NCBI GenBank assembly: GCA_022563395.1 | Contig: JADFNM010000001.1 | Coordinates: 270,342 to 334,341, forward strand | From: Patescibacteria group bacterium | Lineage (GTDB): Bacteria; Patescibacteriota; Minisyncoccia; Minisyncoccales; UBA10102 | Length of the DNA: 64,000 nt | Direction: 5' to 3' | In this document: positions 26,917 to 36,153 of the stretch, one piece after another | Numbering within the stretch: position 1 is the first letter of the stretch | How the letters are laid out: each line of letters starts with the position of its first letter | The notes under the pieces: generated by a model | What the model was told of the DNA's origin: nothing | What the model saw: only the letters and a program-made list of their open reading frames with translations | Databases searched by the model: none | Translations under genes and position numbers: made by a program

Positions 26917-27945
26917 TTAGAGGCGCTGCCGCAGCAACATACCTCTGTGGACCAGTTCTTCTGCAATCTGCACTGCGTTGGTCGCCGCGCCCTTGCGTAG
27001 ATTGTCTGAGACGATCCACATTGCTAGGCCGTTCGGATGCGAGGTGTCGCGACGTATCCGGCCAATGAATACCTCGTCATGTCCAGCAGCATCAATCGGC
27101 ATTGGGTAGACGGCGTTAGACGGGTCGTCGACCACAGAGATGCCAGGTGCACCAGTGAGGATGTCGCGGGCTTCCTCGGGGGTCATGGGGCGTTGGAATT
27201 CTACGAAAACGGCTTCACTGTGTGACACCTGCACCGGGACGCGCACGCACGTTGCTGCGAAGGCAACATCCGGTTCGTGCATGATCTTCTGCGTTTCCTG
27301 GCGCATCTTCACCTCTTCGGAGTAGTAGCCGTCCTCTCCGAGCGAACCGATGTGCGGTATAAGGTTGAGCGCAATCTGGTGGGGATATTGCTTGGGGACC
27401 GCTGGCTTGCCGGCGAGTACCTCACGGGATTGTTCGCTTAACTCTGCCATGGCAGCGGCGCCGGTACCCGACACAGACTGGTACGTGGCGACGACGACCC
27501 GCCTGACCGGGTTCTGTCGGTGCAACGGCCAAAGGGTCATCACCAATGGTGTGGTTGAGCAGTTGGGGATCGAGATGACTCCCTCGTGCTGATCTAGGTC
27601 ATCGCCGTTGACTTCGGGGACAACGAGCGGGACTCTGGGGTCCATGCGCCATACGCTGCTGTCGTCAATAACGATGCACCCTTGCTTTGGTGCAAGCTCG
27701 CCCATCTGGCGACTCATCTCGTCCGTTGCAGAGATGAATGCGATGTCGCACTCGGCCAAGAGACGTTCGTCTACTACCTCTACCGTAATTTCCTCACCCT
27801 TGAACTCAATAGTCTTGCCCACCGAGCGCGGCGAGGCACAAAGACGTAGTGAACTCATAGGGAAGGTGCGTTCCTCCAGCACCTGTAACACAACCTTTCC
27901 CACGGCCCCTGTGGCACCAATGACGACAACTCGAGGGGCATTCAT
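26917..27945 (-). CDS. asd: aspartate-semialdehyde dehydrogenase
   Basis: VVVIGATGAVG Rossmann motif, IPNCSTT active-site Cys, strongly GC-rich. ATG at 27945 preferred. Confidence 0.9.
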   Translation of the reverse strand: MNAPRVVVIGATGAVGKVVLQVLEERTFPMSSLRLCASPRSVGKTIEFKGEEITVEVVDERLLAECDIAFISATDEMSRQMGELAPKQGCIVIDDSSVWRMDPRVPLVVPEVNGDDLDQHEGVISIPNCSTTPLVMTLWPLHRQNPVRRVVVATYQSVSGTGAAAMAELSEQSREVLAGKPAVPKQYPHQIALNLIPHIGSLGEDGYYSEEVKMRQETQKIMHEPDVAFAATCVRVPVQVSHSEAVFVEFQRPMTPEEARDILTGAPGISVVDDPSNAVYPMPIDAAGHDEVFIGRIRRDTSHPNGLAMWIVSDNLRKGAATNAVQIAEELVHRGMLLRQRL

Positions 27946-28062
27946 ATAAAGTACTCCTTTCTGCTGGTTCTCTAGAGAAAAGGATTTCCTTATCTCCAGG
28001 GAACAGCACAAGAGCGCCTTCTCGTTGAGAAATCAGCTGTGAATATCGGTTATTGCTGATAG

Positions 28063-28134
28063 TGCCCCCAGCAGGACTCGAACCTGCAACCAATGGCTTA
28101 AAAGGCCACTGCTCTTCCATTGAGCTATGGGGGC
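28063..28134 (-). tRNA. tRNA-Lys (anticodon UUU)
   Basis: Hand-folded cloverleaf: acceptor GCCCCCA/TGGGGGC, anticodon loop CTTTTAA, T-loop GGTTCGAGTCC. Confidence 0.9.
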
Positions 28135-28245
28135 AAAAGCAAACTGCTTTGCTTTTGCCGGGAAACCTACCTTGATTTGCCATGTCGCCGTTGAGGCGAC
28201 GGCATAACAAGGGTTTCCCCGGGTCCGCCGGAGGCGGATACATTA

Positions 28246-28300
28246 CTCAACTGCTTGAGTTTTTGCGGGGCCAGAGTCAACTGCTTGACTCTGGCGGGCG
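28246..28300. repeat. family-C GC-rich hairpin element (intergenic copy)
   Basis: CTCAACTGCTTGAG and CAGAGTCAACTGCTTGACTCTG hairpins. 28265-28300 is 35/36 identical to 48011-48046 inside rpoD. Confidence 0.85.
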
Positions 28301-28414
28301 TTCTAGCAATTTAGTCCTTAAATTGCGTTAAGGAATGCCCAGGGCCCTCAATTGAATTCGTCCTCAACTAAATCAAGGAATCCTTGGTTTCACCAAGGAC
28401 GTAATGAGTATACT

Positions 28415-29503
28415 CTAAAGTCCTTGATTTTTCAAGCGCTCCAAGAGCTCTTTTTGCTCTTTGGTGAGTTTCTTTGGGGTGACAACATCAATCTCAACTA
28501 GCATGTTGCCGCGGCCTAAACCAGAGAAATGAGGAATACCTTTGCCTAAAACTCGCAATGTCTTGCCAGATTCAATACCTTGGGGAATGGTTAAGAGAAT
28601 CTTGGTTCCCTCAATGGTTGGAACTTCAATCTCGTCTCCCAAGGCGGCTTGCGAAAACAAGATTGGCATTTTTACATACAGATCATCCCCTTTTCTTTTG
28701 AACACGCTATGGGGCTTTACAAACACTCGAATGTATAAATCCCCTACTTTCCCTTTTCTTCTTCCCACGTCTCCTTTTCCTGCAATCTTAAGAATCTGGC
28801 TGCTATCCACTCCCGGGGGAATCTGTACCTTAATGCTATCTTCTCCCTGAATCCTTCCTTCTCCCTTGCATACGTTGCAGGAATGTTCTGGGATTAACCC
28901 TTCTCCCTTACATTCAGGACACAAACCAACCCTAGTAAAAGAGCCGAACACGGTTCTTTTAATCTGCTGCACCTGTCCTTGTCCCCTACAAGAAAAGCAC
29001 TCTTTGACTTTGGTTGAGGGTTCGGCTCCTACTCCCTGGCACCTGATGCAGGTTACAAGCTTTGAAAGGTTAATAACCTCTTCTTTTCCTTTGACGGTTG
29101 CTTCCAAAGGTATTGTAAGCTCAACCTCAATGTCTCGCCCGCTTTTTATGTCTTTTGTGGTTTTTTGACCAAAGAAATCTTCAAAGATTTCTCCAATGTC
29201 AAAGTCAACACCAAAACCCTCCGAAAACTCGTCTGCGTCATGCTCATGAGGGGTTCCCCAACCCCACTGAAAACCTCCAAATCCCGCACCTGGAGCCCCT
29301 TCAAACACTCTGCCAAACTTGTCGTACTGGGCTTTCTTGTCCATATCTGAAAGCACCTGGTAGGCCTCAGCAACCTCTTTGAAACGTGCTGCGTCACCGC
29401 CTTTGTCTGGGTGATACTTGTGGGCCAACTTCCGGTAGGCCTTTTTAATGTCATCTTCTGTGGCGTTTTTTGTAACGCCAAGAATTTTATAGTAATCCTT
29501 CAT
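28415..29503 (-). CDS. dnaJ: chaperone DnaJ
   Basis: J domain (HPD), G/F region, four CxxCxGxG zinc motifs. Confidence 0.95.
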   Translation of the reverse strand: MKDYYKILGVTKNATEDDIKKAYRKLAHKYHPDKGGDAARFKEVAEAYQVLSDMDKKAQYDKFGRVFEGAPGAGFGGFQWGWGTPHEHDADEFSEGFGVDFDIGEIFEDFFGQKTTKDIKSGRDIEVELTIPLEATVKGKEEVINLSKLVTCIRCQGVGAEPSTKVKECFSCRGQGQVQQIKRTVFGSFTRVGLCPECKGEGLIPEHSCNVCKGEGRIQGEDSIKVQIPPGVDSSQILKIAGKGDVGRRKGKVGDLYIRVFVKPHSVFKRKGDDLYVKMPILFSQAALGDEIEVPTIEGTKILLTIPQGIESGKTLRVLGKGIPHFSGLGRGNMLVEIDVVTPKKLTKEQKELLERLKNQGL

Positions 29504-29514
29504 CCTCGTATTTA

Positions 29515-31380
29515 TTATTTCTCACGATACTTTCCTTCTTCCGGTTTTTCTTTGCCATTCTTTTTCTCCTCTGACTCCTGCTGTTGATACATGGAGGCCC
29601 CAATCTTTTGGATCGCCTGGGAAAGCTCCTCGGTGGCTTTTTGAATCTCCTCTATTGTTTCACCATCCTTCACTTTTTTGAGGGCGTCAAGCTTTTCTTC
29701 CACATCCTTCTTGTCTTGTGGTGCAATCTTGTCTCCAGCATCTTTTAGGGTCTTTCCCACGGTATAGATTAAAGAGTCTGCCATGTTCCGTGCTTCCACC
29801 AACTCCCTTCTTTTTTTGTCTTCTTCTTCATGTGCCTCAGCTTCCTTACGCATGCGCTCTGCCTCCTCTTTAGAAATGCCAGAAGACCCTTCAATGCGGA
29901 TGGTCTGGGTTTTACCAGACGCCTTGTCTTTGGCAGTAACATTTAAGATACCGTTGGCATCAATGTCAAATACCACCTCAACCTGGGGAACTCCTCTGGC
30001 AGCCGGAGGAATGCTGTCTAAAATGAACCTGCCCAGAGACTTGTTGTCTTTTGCCATTTGGCGCTCTCCCTGCACCACATGAACCTCAACTGAAGTCTGA
30101 TTGTCTGCCGCAGTAGAAAACACCTGCGACTTTGCTGTGGGAATGGTGGTATTTTTGGCAATCAAAATGGTGTTTACCCCGCCCAGGGTCTCAATACCCA
30201 AAGACAAGGGAGTCACGTCTAACAAGAGAACGTCTTTTACTTCTCCATGCAAGATTCCGCCTTGCACTGCAGCTCCCAAGGCAACCACCTCATCTGGGTT
30301 AATGGAGCGGTTGGGATCTTTGCCAAACAGCTTTTTTGCTGCTTCTTGGATGGCTGGCATGCGGGTCTGCCCCCCTACCAAGACAATTTCGTCAATCTCT
30401 TTTGCCACAACCTTAGCTTCTTTTAAGGTTTGCTCCACTAGGGTAATAGACTTGTCGATATACTCTTGCACCAAACTTTCCAGCTGGGCTCTCGTCATTT
30501 TAAAATACAGGTGCTTTGGACCAGAACTGTCAGAGGTGATAAAGGGAAGATTAACTTCGGTCTCCATGGACGAGGAAAGTTCAATCTTTGCTTTTTCTGC
30601 CGCCTCTTTCAAGCGCTGTAAAGCTAAAGGGTCTTTGGAAAGATCAATACCCTCTTCCTTGTGGTACTGCTCCACCAGCCAGTTCATAATCTTTTGGTCA
30701 AAGTCCTCTCCCCCAAGGTGGGTATCTCCTCCTGTGGCTTTCACCTCAATGGTGTCCTGGGAAACTTCTAAAATGGAGATGTCAAAGGTTCCGCCGCCAA
30801 AGTCATACACCACAATACGCTCATCCTTTTTCTTATTTAAACCATAGGCCAAGGCTGCCGCCGTGGGCTCGTTCAACACTCGCTTTACTTCCAGGCCTGC
30901 AATCTCTCCTGCCACCTTGGTTTCCTTTCTCTGGCTATCGTCAAAGTAGGCTGGTACGGTAATGATGGCTTCTGTAATCTTCTCTCCCAGCTTTTCTTCT
31001 GCATCAACTTTTAGTTTGCGCAGCACCATGGCAGAGATCTCAGCTGGCTTCAGCCATTTCTCCCCCAGCTTGATTTCTACTCCCCCATCCTGGCCTTCTC
31101 GTATATTGTAGGGCAGAAGCTTCTTATCTTTTTGTACGACAGCATCAGAAAACCTCCTTCCAATTAACCTCTTTACCTGAGAGATAGTGTTTTGAGGGTT
31201 GGTTATCTGCTGGCGTCTTGCCTGCACCCCAACCAAGATCTCCCCATTCTTAGCTTGTGCCACCACAGAAGGAGTGGTTCTTGCTCCTTCCCGGTTTTCA
31301 ATGATTTTTGGTTCTCCACCCTCAATTACTGCCATAGCAGAGAACGTTGTTCCAAGGTCAATGCCTAATACTTTTGCCAT
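29515..31380 (-). CDS. dnaK: chaperone DnaK (Hsp70)
   Basis: [25 protein letters not shown] signatures. Confidence 0.97.
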   Translation of the reverse strand: MAKVLGIDLGTTFSAMAVIEGGEPKIIENREGARTTPSVVAQAKNGEILVGVQARRQQITNPQNTISQVKRLIGRRFSDAVVQKDKKLLPYNIREGQDGGVEIKLGEKWLKPAEISAMVLRKLKVDAEEKLGEKITEAIITVPAYFDDSQRKETKVAGEIAGLEVKRVLNEPTAAALAYGLNKKKDERIVVYDFGGGTFDISILEVSQDTIEVKATGGDTHLGGEDFDQKIMNWLVEQYHKEEGIDLSKDPLALQRLKEAAEKAKIELSSSMETEVNLPFITSDSSGPKHLYFKMTRAQLESLVQEYIDKSITLVEQTLKEAKVVAKEIDEIVLVGGQTRMPAIQEAAKKLFGKDPNRSINPDEVVALGAAVQGGILHGEVKDVLLLDVTPLSLGIETLGGVNTILIAKNTTIPTAKSQVFSTAADNQTSVEVHVVQGERQMAKDNKSLGRFILDSIPPAARGVPQVEVVFDIDANGILNVTAKDKASGKTQTIRIEGSSGISKEEAERMRKEAEAHEEEDKKRRELVEARNMADSLIYTVGKTLKDAGDKIAPQDKKDVEEKLDALKKVKDGETIEEIQKATEELSQAIQKIGASMYQQQESEEKKNGKEKPEEGKYREK

Positions 31381-31526
31381 AATGTTTGAATGTTAAATTG
31401 TGAGATGATATATGTTCTGCAAGCTCTCGGAGGCAATTTGGCATGGTTGCGAAAGCACAAATTGCCGAGAGTGCAGTTCCCAAAATCCGGCTGGGGATTT
31501 TGAGGAACGGTTGCCAAGAACATGTA

Positions 31527-31997
31527 TCATCGAACAACCTTTACTTTAGCTGGTCTTAGTAATATGTCTTTTATGGTATATCCTTTTTCTACCACCTCTA
31601 CCACCTTGCCCGGTTTTTCTCCTTGAACCATGCCTACTGCTTCGTGCAGGGCAGGGTTAAAGTTCTTTCCCTCTGCTTCAATCTCTTTTACTCCCTGGCT
31701 GTAAAGAAAGTCTTTTAACTGCTTTGCTATCTGCAAAAACCCTTGAACAAGCTTGCTGTTTCTCTCTTCGTCCTTTAGTTCCTTTTCTGCCCGTTCTAAG
31801 TTGTCCACCGTGGGAAGAAGGGAGGCAAGGAATTCTCCTCTGACATATTCCATCAAACCCTGCAACCGCTGTCTCTCTTCTTTCTTGTAGTTTACAAGGT
31901 CCGCCTTAGCTCGCTGCCATCCTGCCAGAAACTCTTCTTTCTCTTTTTGAAGCTCTTTTATCTTCTTTTGTAGTTTTTCAATATCTTTTTGTTCCAT
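31527..31997 (-). CDS. grpE: nucleotide exchange factor GrpE
   Basis: Coiled-coil N-terminus and a GrpE C-terminal beta domain. Directly upstream of dnaK. Confidence 0.9.
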   Translation of the reverse strand: MEQKDIEKLQKKIKELQKEKEEFLAGWQRAKADLVNYKKEERQRLQGLMEYVRGEFLASLLPTVDNLERAEKELKDEERNSKLVQGFLQIAKQLKDFLYSQGVKEIEAEGKNFNPALHEAVGMVQGEKPGKVVEVVEKGYTIKDILLRPAKVKVVR

Positions 31998-32130
31998 GAA
32001 ATGTAGGTTTTGTTCACGTCCACCATTATACCCGATTTTTCTCTTTTTGAAAAGGGGTGATGCGCAAAAAGCAAAAATGAGTGTGGATAGTCTTCTACTC
32101 CAATACGCTTGAATCTGTTACAATAATGTA

Positions 32131-33048
32131 ATGCGGAATATCATTGAACACGGAGGAATCACCTGGGTGGATATCCAAGATCCCACCAAAGAGGATGTGG
32201 AGTATTTGAGAGAGAGCTTTCATCTCCACCCCGTAGTACTAGAACAAATCATTCCTCCCTCCTGGGGAACCAGAGTAGAGCAGTTTGCCTCCAATCTCTT
32301 TTTGGTGCTGTTCTTTCCCATATACAGCAAAGAGCGCAAAGAAACACGTCCCAGAGAACTTGACATTATTGTTACCAGCAACGCTCTTATCACAAACCAC
32401 TATAGCTCCATCTTGCCTTTAAAAGCCATGTTTGACGAGTGCAACCTGTATGAAGACTTAAAAGAACAGCACATGGGAAAGGGAGTGGGTCTTTTGCTTT
32501 ACCGCGTGCTCCACACAATCTTGGAGGACACGGGAAAAAAGACAGGCAAGGTTGACCGCAAACTCATCCTTATTGAAGAATCCATTTTTAAGGGCAAGGA
32601 ACGAGAAATGTTAACAGAAATCTCCCTTGCAAAAGCAGACATCATCAATCTCTGGCGCATCGTGCGCCCCCAAAAGGGAGTATTCACTTCACTTCGCGAC
32701 AATGCAGCTAGTTTCTTTGACGGAGAGCACTACACTCCGTACTTCTCGCACCTGCGCAACCATTGGGCCCGCATCATGAGCACCCTCATTATTGCAAAAG
32801 AAACTATCAATTCTCTTGAGCAGACCAACAACGCCCTTTTAACAGACAAGACCAATGAGATTGTAAAGCTGCTCACCATTTTCTCGGTCATTGTCTTTCC
32901 CTTATCCTTAATTGCTGCCATATTTGGAATGAACACCAAGGTTCTCCCCTTGGTGGGACTCCCCGGAGACTTTTGGATTATCACTGCCATCATGGGAGTT
33001 GGCATCCTCTTTATGATTGCCTTTTTCAAAAAGAAAAAGTGGATCTAG
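32131..33048 (+). CDS. corA: CorA family magnesium transporter
   Basis: GMN motif (FGMNTKV) between two C-terminal TM helices. Confidence 0.88.
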   Translation: MRNIIEHGGITWVDIQDPTKEDVEYLRESFHLHPVVLEQIIPPSWGTRVEQFASNLFLVLFFPIYSKERKETRPRELDIIVTSNALITNHYSSILPLKAMFDECNLYEDLKEQHMGKGVGLLLYRVLHTILEDTGKKTGKVDRKLILIEESIFKGKEREMLTEISLAKADIINLWRIVRPQKGVFTSLRDNAASFFDGEHYTPYFSHLRNHWARIMSTLIIAKETINSLEQTNNALLTDKTNEIVKLLTIFSVIVFPLSLIAAIFGMNTKVLPLVGLPGDFWIITAIMGVGILFMIAFFKKKKWI

Positions 33049-33866
33049 TCTTGGTACTTAATGTAGGCCTGGTCCCCAAAACGAAGATCAATGTATTTAA
33101 GCTCCCCTCTTTTCTCCGGGGGGATTTTTTGTTCCAACACAAGCTGCAGCTTTGTTTGCTGCCATTCCATGCTTTCCTCCGTATCCAAGCGTATCTTCCA
33201 TCCTTCCTGAGTCACACCCTCCACTTGTCCTGCGCGCCCAATCTCAAAGGCAGCAAGAATAACGTGCATGGGCTCGCCTGCTGAAAGGAAGGCCTCTCGA
33301 AAATCCAACAGAGTGGAAAGAAGCTGAAGGTTCAGGGATTCCTTGCCTAATGCAACCTGGGAAGCTTCCTTGGAACTAAACAAGGTATAACCTTCTCCAG
33401 CCTCCACCTCCTTGAAAGCAATGCCTTCTTTATCTAGTGCAAAACACAAGCTTTCCTCGCCTGCCTTAAGAGACACGCACCACGTCCCCACCTGCACCCG
33501 CTCTTCTACTGAAACGACAATGGTCTGCGGAAAGGAGCGCTTCACAAAAACCGCTCTGAGCAAAGGAAACTTATAAGATAGCAATTCTCCTGCTCCCGTG
33601 CCGTCAAAGAGCAGAATACTGTTTGTGGGAATGCCAAACCAGTTCCACCACAACTTCTCACCCAGAGCAGCAAGGATATGCTCTTTTTTGACTTCCTGTG
33701 CTCCCTCAACTTGAACCTCTTTGATTTCCAGCCAGGAAGAAAATACTACGGCGTAAAAAAGAAAGGTAAGAAAAAAAAGAACACCCGTCGCATACCAAAA
33801 GGACCGCAATTTCAAAAATGACACTCGCTTCTTTTTTCTTTTAAAACGCATGGGTTTTCTCATCAA
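33045..33866 (-). CDS. ftsQ: FtsQ/DivIB-like cell division protein (TM + POTRA)
   Basis: N-terminal TM and a POTRA-like segment (IKEVQVEGAQEVKKEHILAAL). Confidence 0.65.
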   Translation of the reverse strand: MMRKPMRFKRKKKRVSFLKLRSFWYATGVLFFLTFLFYAVVFSSWLEIKEVQVEGAQEVKKEHILAALGEKLWWNWFGIPTNSILLFDGTGAGELLSYKFPLLRAVFVKRSFPQTIVVSVEERVQVGTWCVSLKAGEESLCFALDKEGIAFKEVEAGEGYTLFSSKEASQVALGKESLNLQLLSTLLDFREAFLSAGEPMHVILAAFEIGRAGQVEGVTQEGWKIRLDTEESMEWQQTKLQLVLEQKIPPEKRGELKYIDLRFGDQAYIKYQD

Positions 33867-34891
33867 AGATGTCTTCTTATTCTTCTGACAGTTTCAAAAA
33901 ATGCGGTGAACCAATATTTTAAGCTCACTGGGTAATCCTGGGTCTTCACATAAAGCTTTGCCTCTCCTCCAAATCCCTGTTTGAAAAGCGTGGGTCCTGC
34001 CCAAGGATGCTTTGGCTGCGTCTTTGGGTCAACGTATCCCCAAAAATCATACAGCACACACCCTCTTCTCTTTGCCTCTTTTAAAGCTTCCCATAATAAC
34101 AGATAAGACAAAGAAAGCTTTGCAAATTCCGGCAGAGAGACTGCGTGATGATAGAATCCAATGCCAGACCAAAACACCACAAAGGAAGCAGCTGCCACAT
34201 TGCTTTTGTACTTTGCGAGAAACAAAAGAACCTGATTGTCTTTTGAAAATGCTTCAAACTCACCTTGTAAGTACTCCAAAGAAAAAGGGACAAAGGCCTG
34301 CCGCCTTGAAACTTTCTCATGCATGCGAGAAAAGAGTTCAACATCAACTCTGCTGCTGCTCCGTTCAATGGTAATGTCCTGGTTCTTTGCTGCCTGGCGA
34401 ATAAGATAGCGTGTGGTCTTTCGCATCTGAGACAGTAACTCCTCTAGGTCAAGAGTAATATCTAACTTCCAAGAAGCTTCAGGGTGCATTTGTGAAGGAG
34501 CATCTTTGAATCCAGCTTTCCTGAAAAGCTGCACGTTTTCCTCTACCCTCTCCCAAATGGGGTTAAAACGAATAAAGCTTGCCTTTTCTTTTAAGGCAAC
34601 GTCTTTCAAAAAAGGAAGCAGAGCAGAGAGTATTGCCTCCTTTCTCTGTTCCCCTGGTTTTGTCACCGGACCATGAGGCAAGAGCAAGAAAGTTCCCCGG
34701 CGGGCTACAACCTTCACCACAAGGGAAACTGCAACAAGGTTTTCCTCCTCATACACTCCCAAGCGCCATACACGCCCCCGTATGAGTTTCTGGAACTCGC
34801 CCCAGTTCCAAGACTGCAAAAAGGTCTTATCACGACATCCTTGCAAAAACCCTTCCCATTCTTCCTTGTTTGTAACCTTCTTAATCTCCAT
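33863..34891 (-). CDS. FemAB family peptidoglycan interpeptide-bridge aminoacyltransferase
   Basis: FLQSWNWGEFQK N-terminal signature and ~340 aa size typical of FemX-like enzymes. Confidence 0.75.
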   Translation of the reverse strand: MEIKKVTNKEEWEGFLQGCRDKTFLQSWNWGEFQKLIRGRVWRLGVYEEENLVAVSLVVKVVARRGTFLLLPHGPVTKPGEQRKEAILSALLPFLKDVALKEKASFIRFNPIWERVEENVQLFRKAGFKDAPSQMHPEASWKLDITLDLEELLSQMRKTTRYLIRQAAKNQDITIERSSSRVDVELFSRMHEKVSRRQAFVPFSLEYLQGEFEAFSKDNQVLLFLAKYKSNVAAASFVVFWSGIGFYHHAVSLPEFAKLSLSYLLLWEALKEAKRRGCVLYDFWGYVDPKTQPKHPWAGPTLFKQGFGGEAKLYVKTQDYPVSLKYWFTAFFETVRRIRRHL

Positions 34892-34893
34892 AG

Positions 34894-34932
34894 TGCTTAA
34901 ACGAGATTTAAGAACTCTTAAATCTCGTTTAG
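34894..34932. repeat. family-B nested palindrome (inverted pair, opposite order)
   Basis: GCTTAAACGAGATTTAAG-N4-CTTAAATCTCGTTTAGG, between DegT-like and FemAB-like genes. Confidence 0.9.
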
Positions 34933-36153
34933 GAGAAACTGGATAATAGTGTTTACTTCTTTTTCTGAAATGCGAATGTGCGTGGGGAGGTTAAGCGTAG
35001 TCTTGGCAAGTTCCTCTGCCTTAGGACAGCTCCCCCACTCGTATCCCATCTTCTCTATTTGAGTATCATAAGGAGCTATGGGAGTCGTGTACCAATCTCC
35101 CAAAAGCAGATTTTGCCGCCATGCCCTTTTGATGATCTCGTGGGCCTTTACATGCCGCAAGGGAAATCGAAGGTAAATATTTCCTTCCTGGTATTTCGTA
35201 TCTAGTATTTGGTATTGAGTATGAGATAGGGCTTGAACATATTTTTGAGCAATCTGTCTTCGGTGTTCATTGAAACGTTCCAGTTTTCTCAATTGTTTTC
35301 TTGCCAAAAGCGCCAGCGCATTGGGGAGTGCCTTGGGGAAATATCCTGGTTTCTCGCCCCTTTTCTCTTTTTTGTGGACTGCCTTAGAAAGAACATGGAG
35401 GTATTGGGCAATACGAAGCGTGTACTTGCCTCCAATTCCATACAGAGGCAGAATCCTCCAGTTCATGATAACTGGATGAAGCAACTGCTGAAAAATCCAA
35501 AGTAAAAAAGGATACCCAACTTTTTTCTGAAACTCCCTCATACTCTCTGCAAGCGGAGCATCGTTTGTGACAACCATTCCTCCATACACAGAAGAAATCA
35601 CCTTATCTCTTGAGAAACTGAAAAAAGAAGCTTTCCCAAACGTGCCAACTTTTCTACCTTTGTATTCTGCCCCCAGGGCATGGGCACAATCTTCCAGGAG
35701 AACAAGGTTGTGTTTGCTACAAATTTCTTGAATCTTGTCCATATCAGCTGGCGCGCCAAAGGTATGCTGCACCAACACTGCCTTTGTGTGTGGGGTAATC
35801 TTTTTTTTAAGATCCTCAGGAGACATGTTGTAGTCCTCTTTACAGTCAACGTACACGGGTTTCAAACCGGACCAAAGTATAGGATTGGGTACTGCATTGC
35901 AGGTGAAAGCTTGAATAAGAATTTCGTCTCCTTTTTTAAGCCCCAAAGATTCTAAGATAGCAAGAAAGGCAGACCTGCCACTGTTAAATGCAAACGCATA
36001 TTCCACCCCCAAATACTCCCGAAACTCCTCCTCCAAAAGGGGGGTCTGACCCCCCTTTTGCCATCTCCACGGCTGAAATAACAACGCGAAAGCAGCCAGA
36101 ATATCATCTGTCTCAGTATTGGGAGACAAGGAAATGGAAATGGGGCGAATCAT
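34918..36153 (-). CDS. DegT/DnrJ/EryC1/StrS family PLP aminotransferase
   Basis: FSFSRDKVIS PLP-lysine region. The C-terminal LNEI* is encoded by a family-B repeat arm. Confidence 0.8.
   Translation of the reverse strand: MIRPISISLSPNTETDDILAAFALLFQPWRWQKGGQTPLLEEEFREYLGVEYAFAFNSGRSAFLAILESLGLKKGDEILIQAFTCNAVPNPILWSGLKPVYVDCKEDYNMSPEDLKKKITPHTKAVLVQHTFGAPADMDKIQEICSKHNLVLLEDCAHALGAEYKGRKVGTFGKASFFSFSRDKVISSVYGGMVVTNDAPLAESMREFQKKVGYPFLLWIFQQLLHPVIMNWRILPLYGIGGKYTLRIAQYLHVLSKAVHKKEKRGEKPGYFPKALPNALALLARKQLRKLERFNEHRRQIAQKYVQALSHTQYQILDTKYQEGNIYLRFPLRHVKAHEIIKRAWRQNLLLGDWYTTPIAPYDTQIEKMGYEWGSCPKAEELAKTTLNLPTHIRISEKEVNTIIQFLLNEI
36035..36059. repeat. perfect 25-bp palindrome inside the DegT-like CDS
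   Basis: AAAAGGGGGGTC-T-GACCCCCCTTTT. Encodes ..QKGGQTPLL.. Confidence 0.9.

Noticed and set aside
27806-28243. A 145-aa minus-strand ORF.
   Set aside because: It runs through tRNA-Lys and the asd start region, so it is an artefact of GC-rich sequence.
28136-28414. A known structured RNA gene (SRP/4.5S, 6S, tmRNA, RNase P) between dnaJ and tRNA-Lys.
   Set aside because: None of the diagnostic conserved motifs of these RNAs could be read on either strand. The hairpins match the dispersed family-C element instead.
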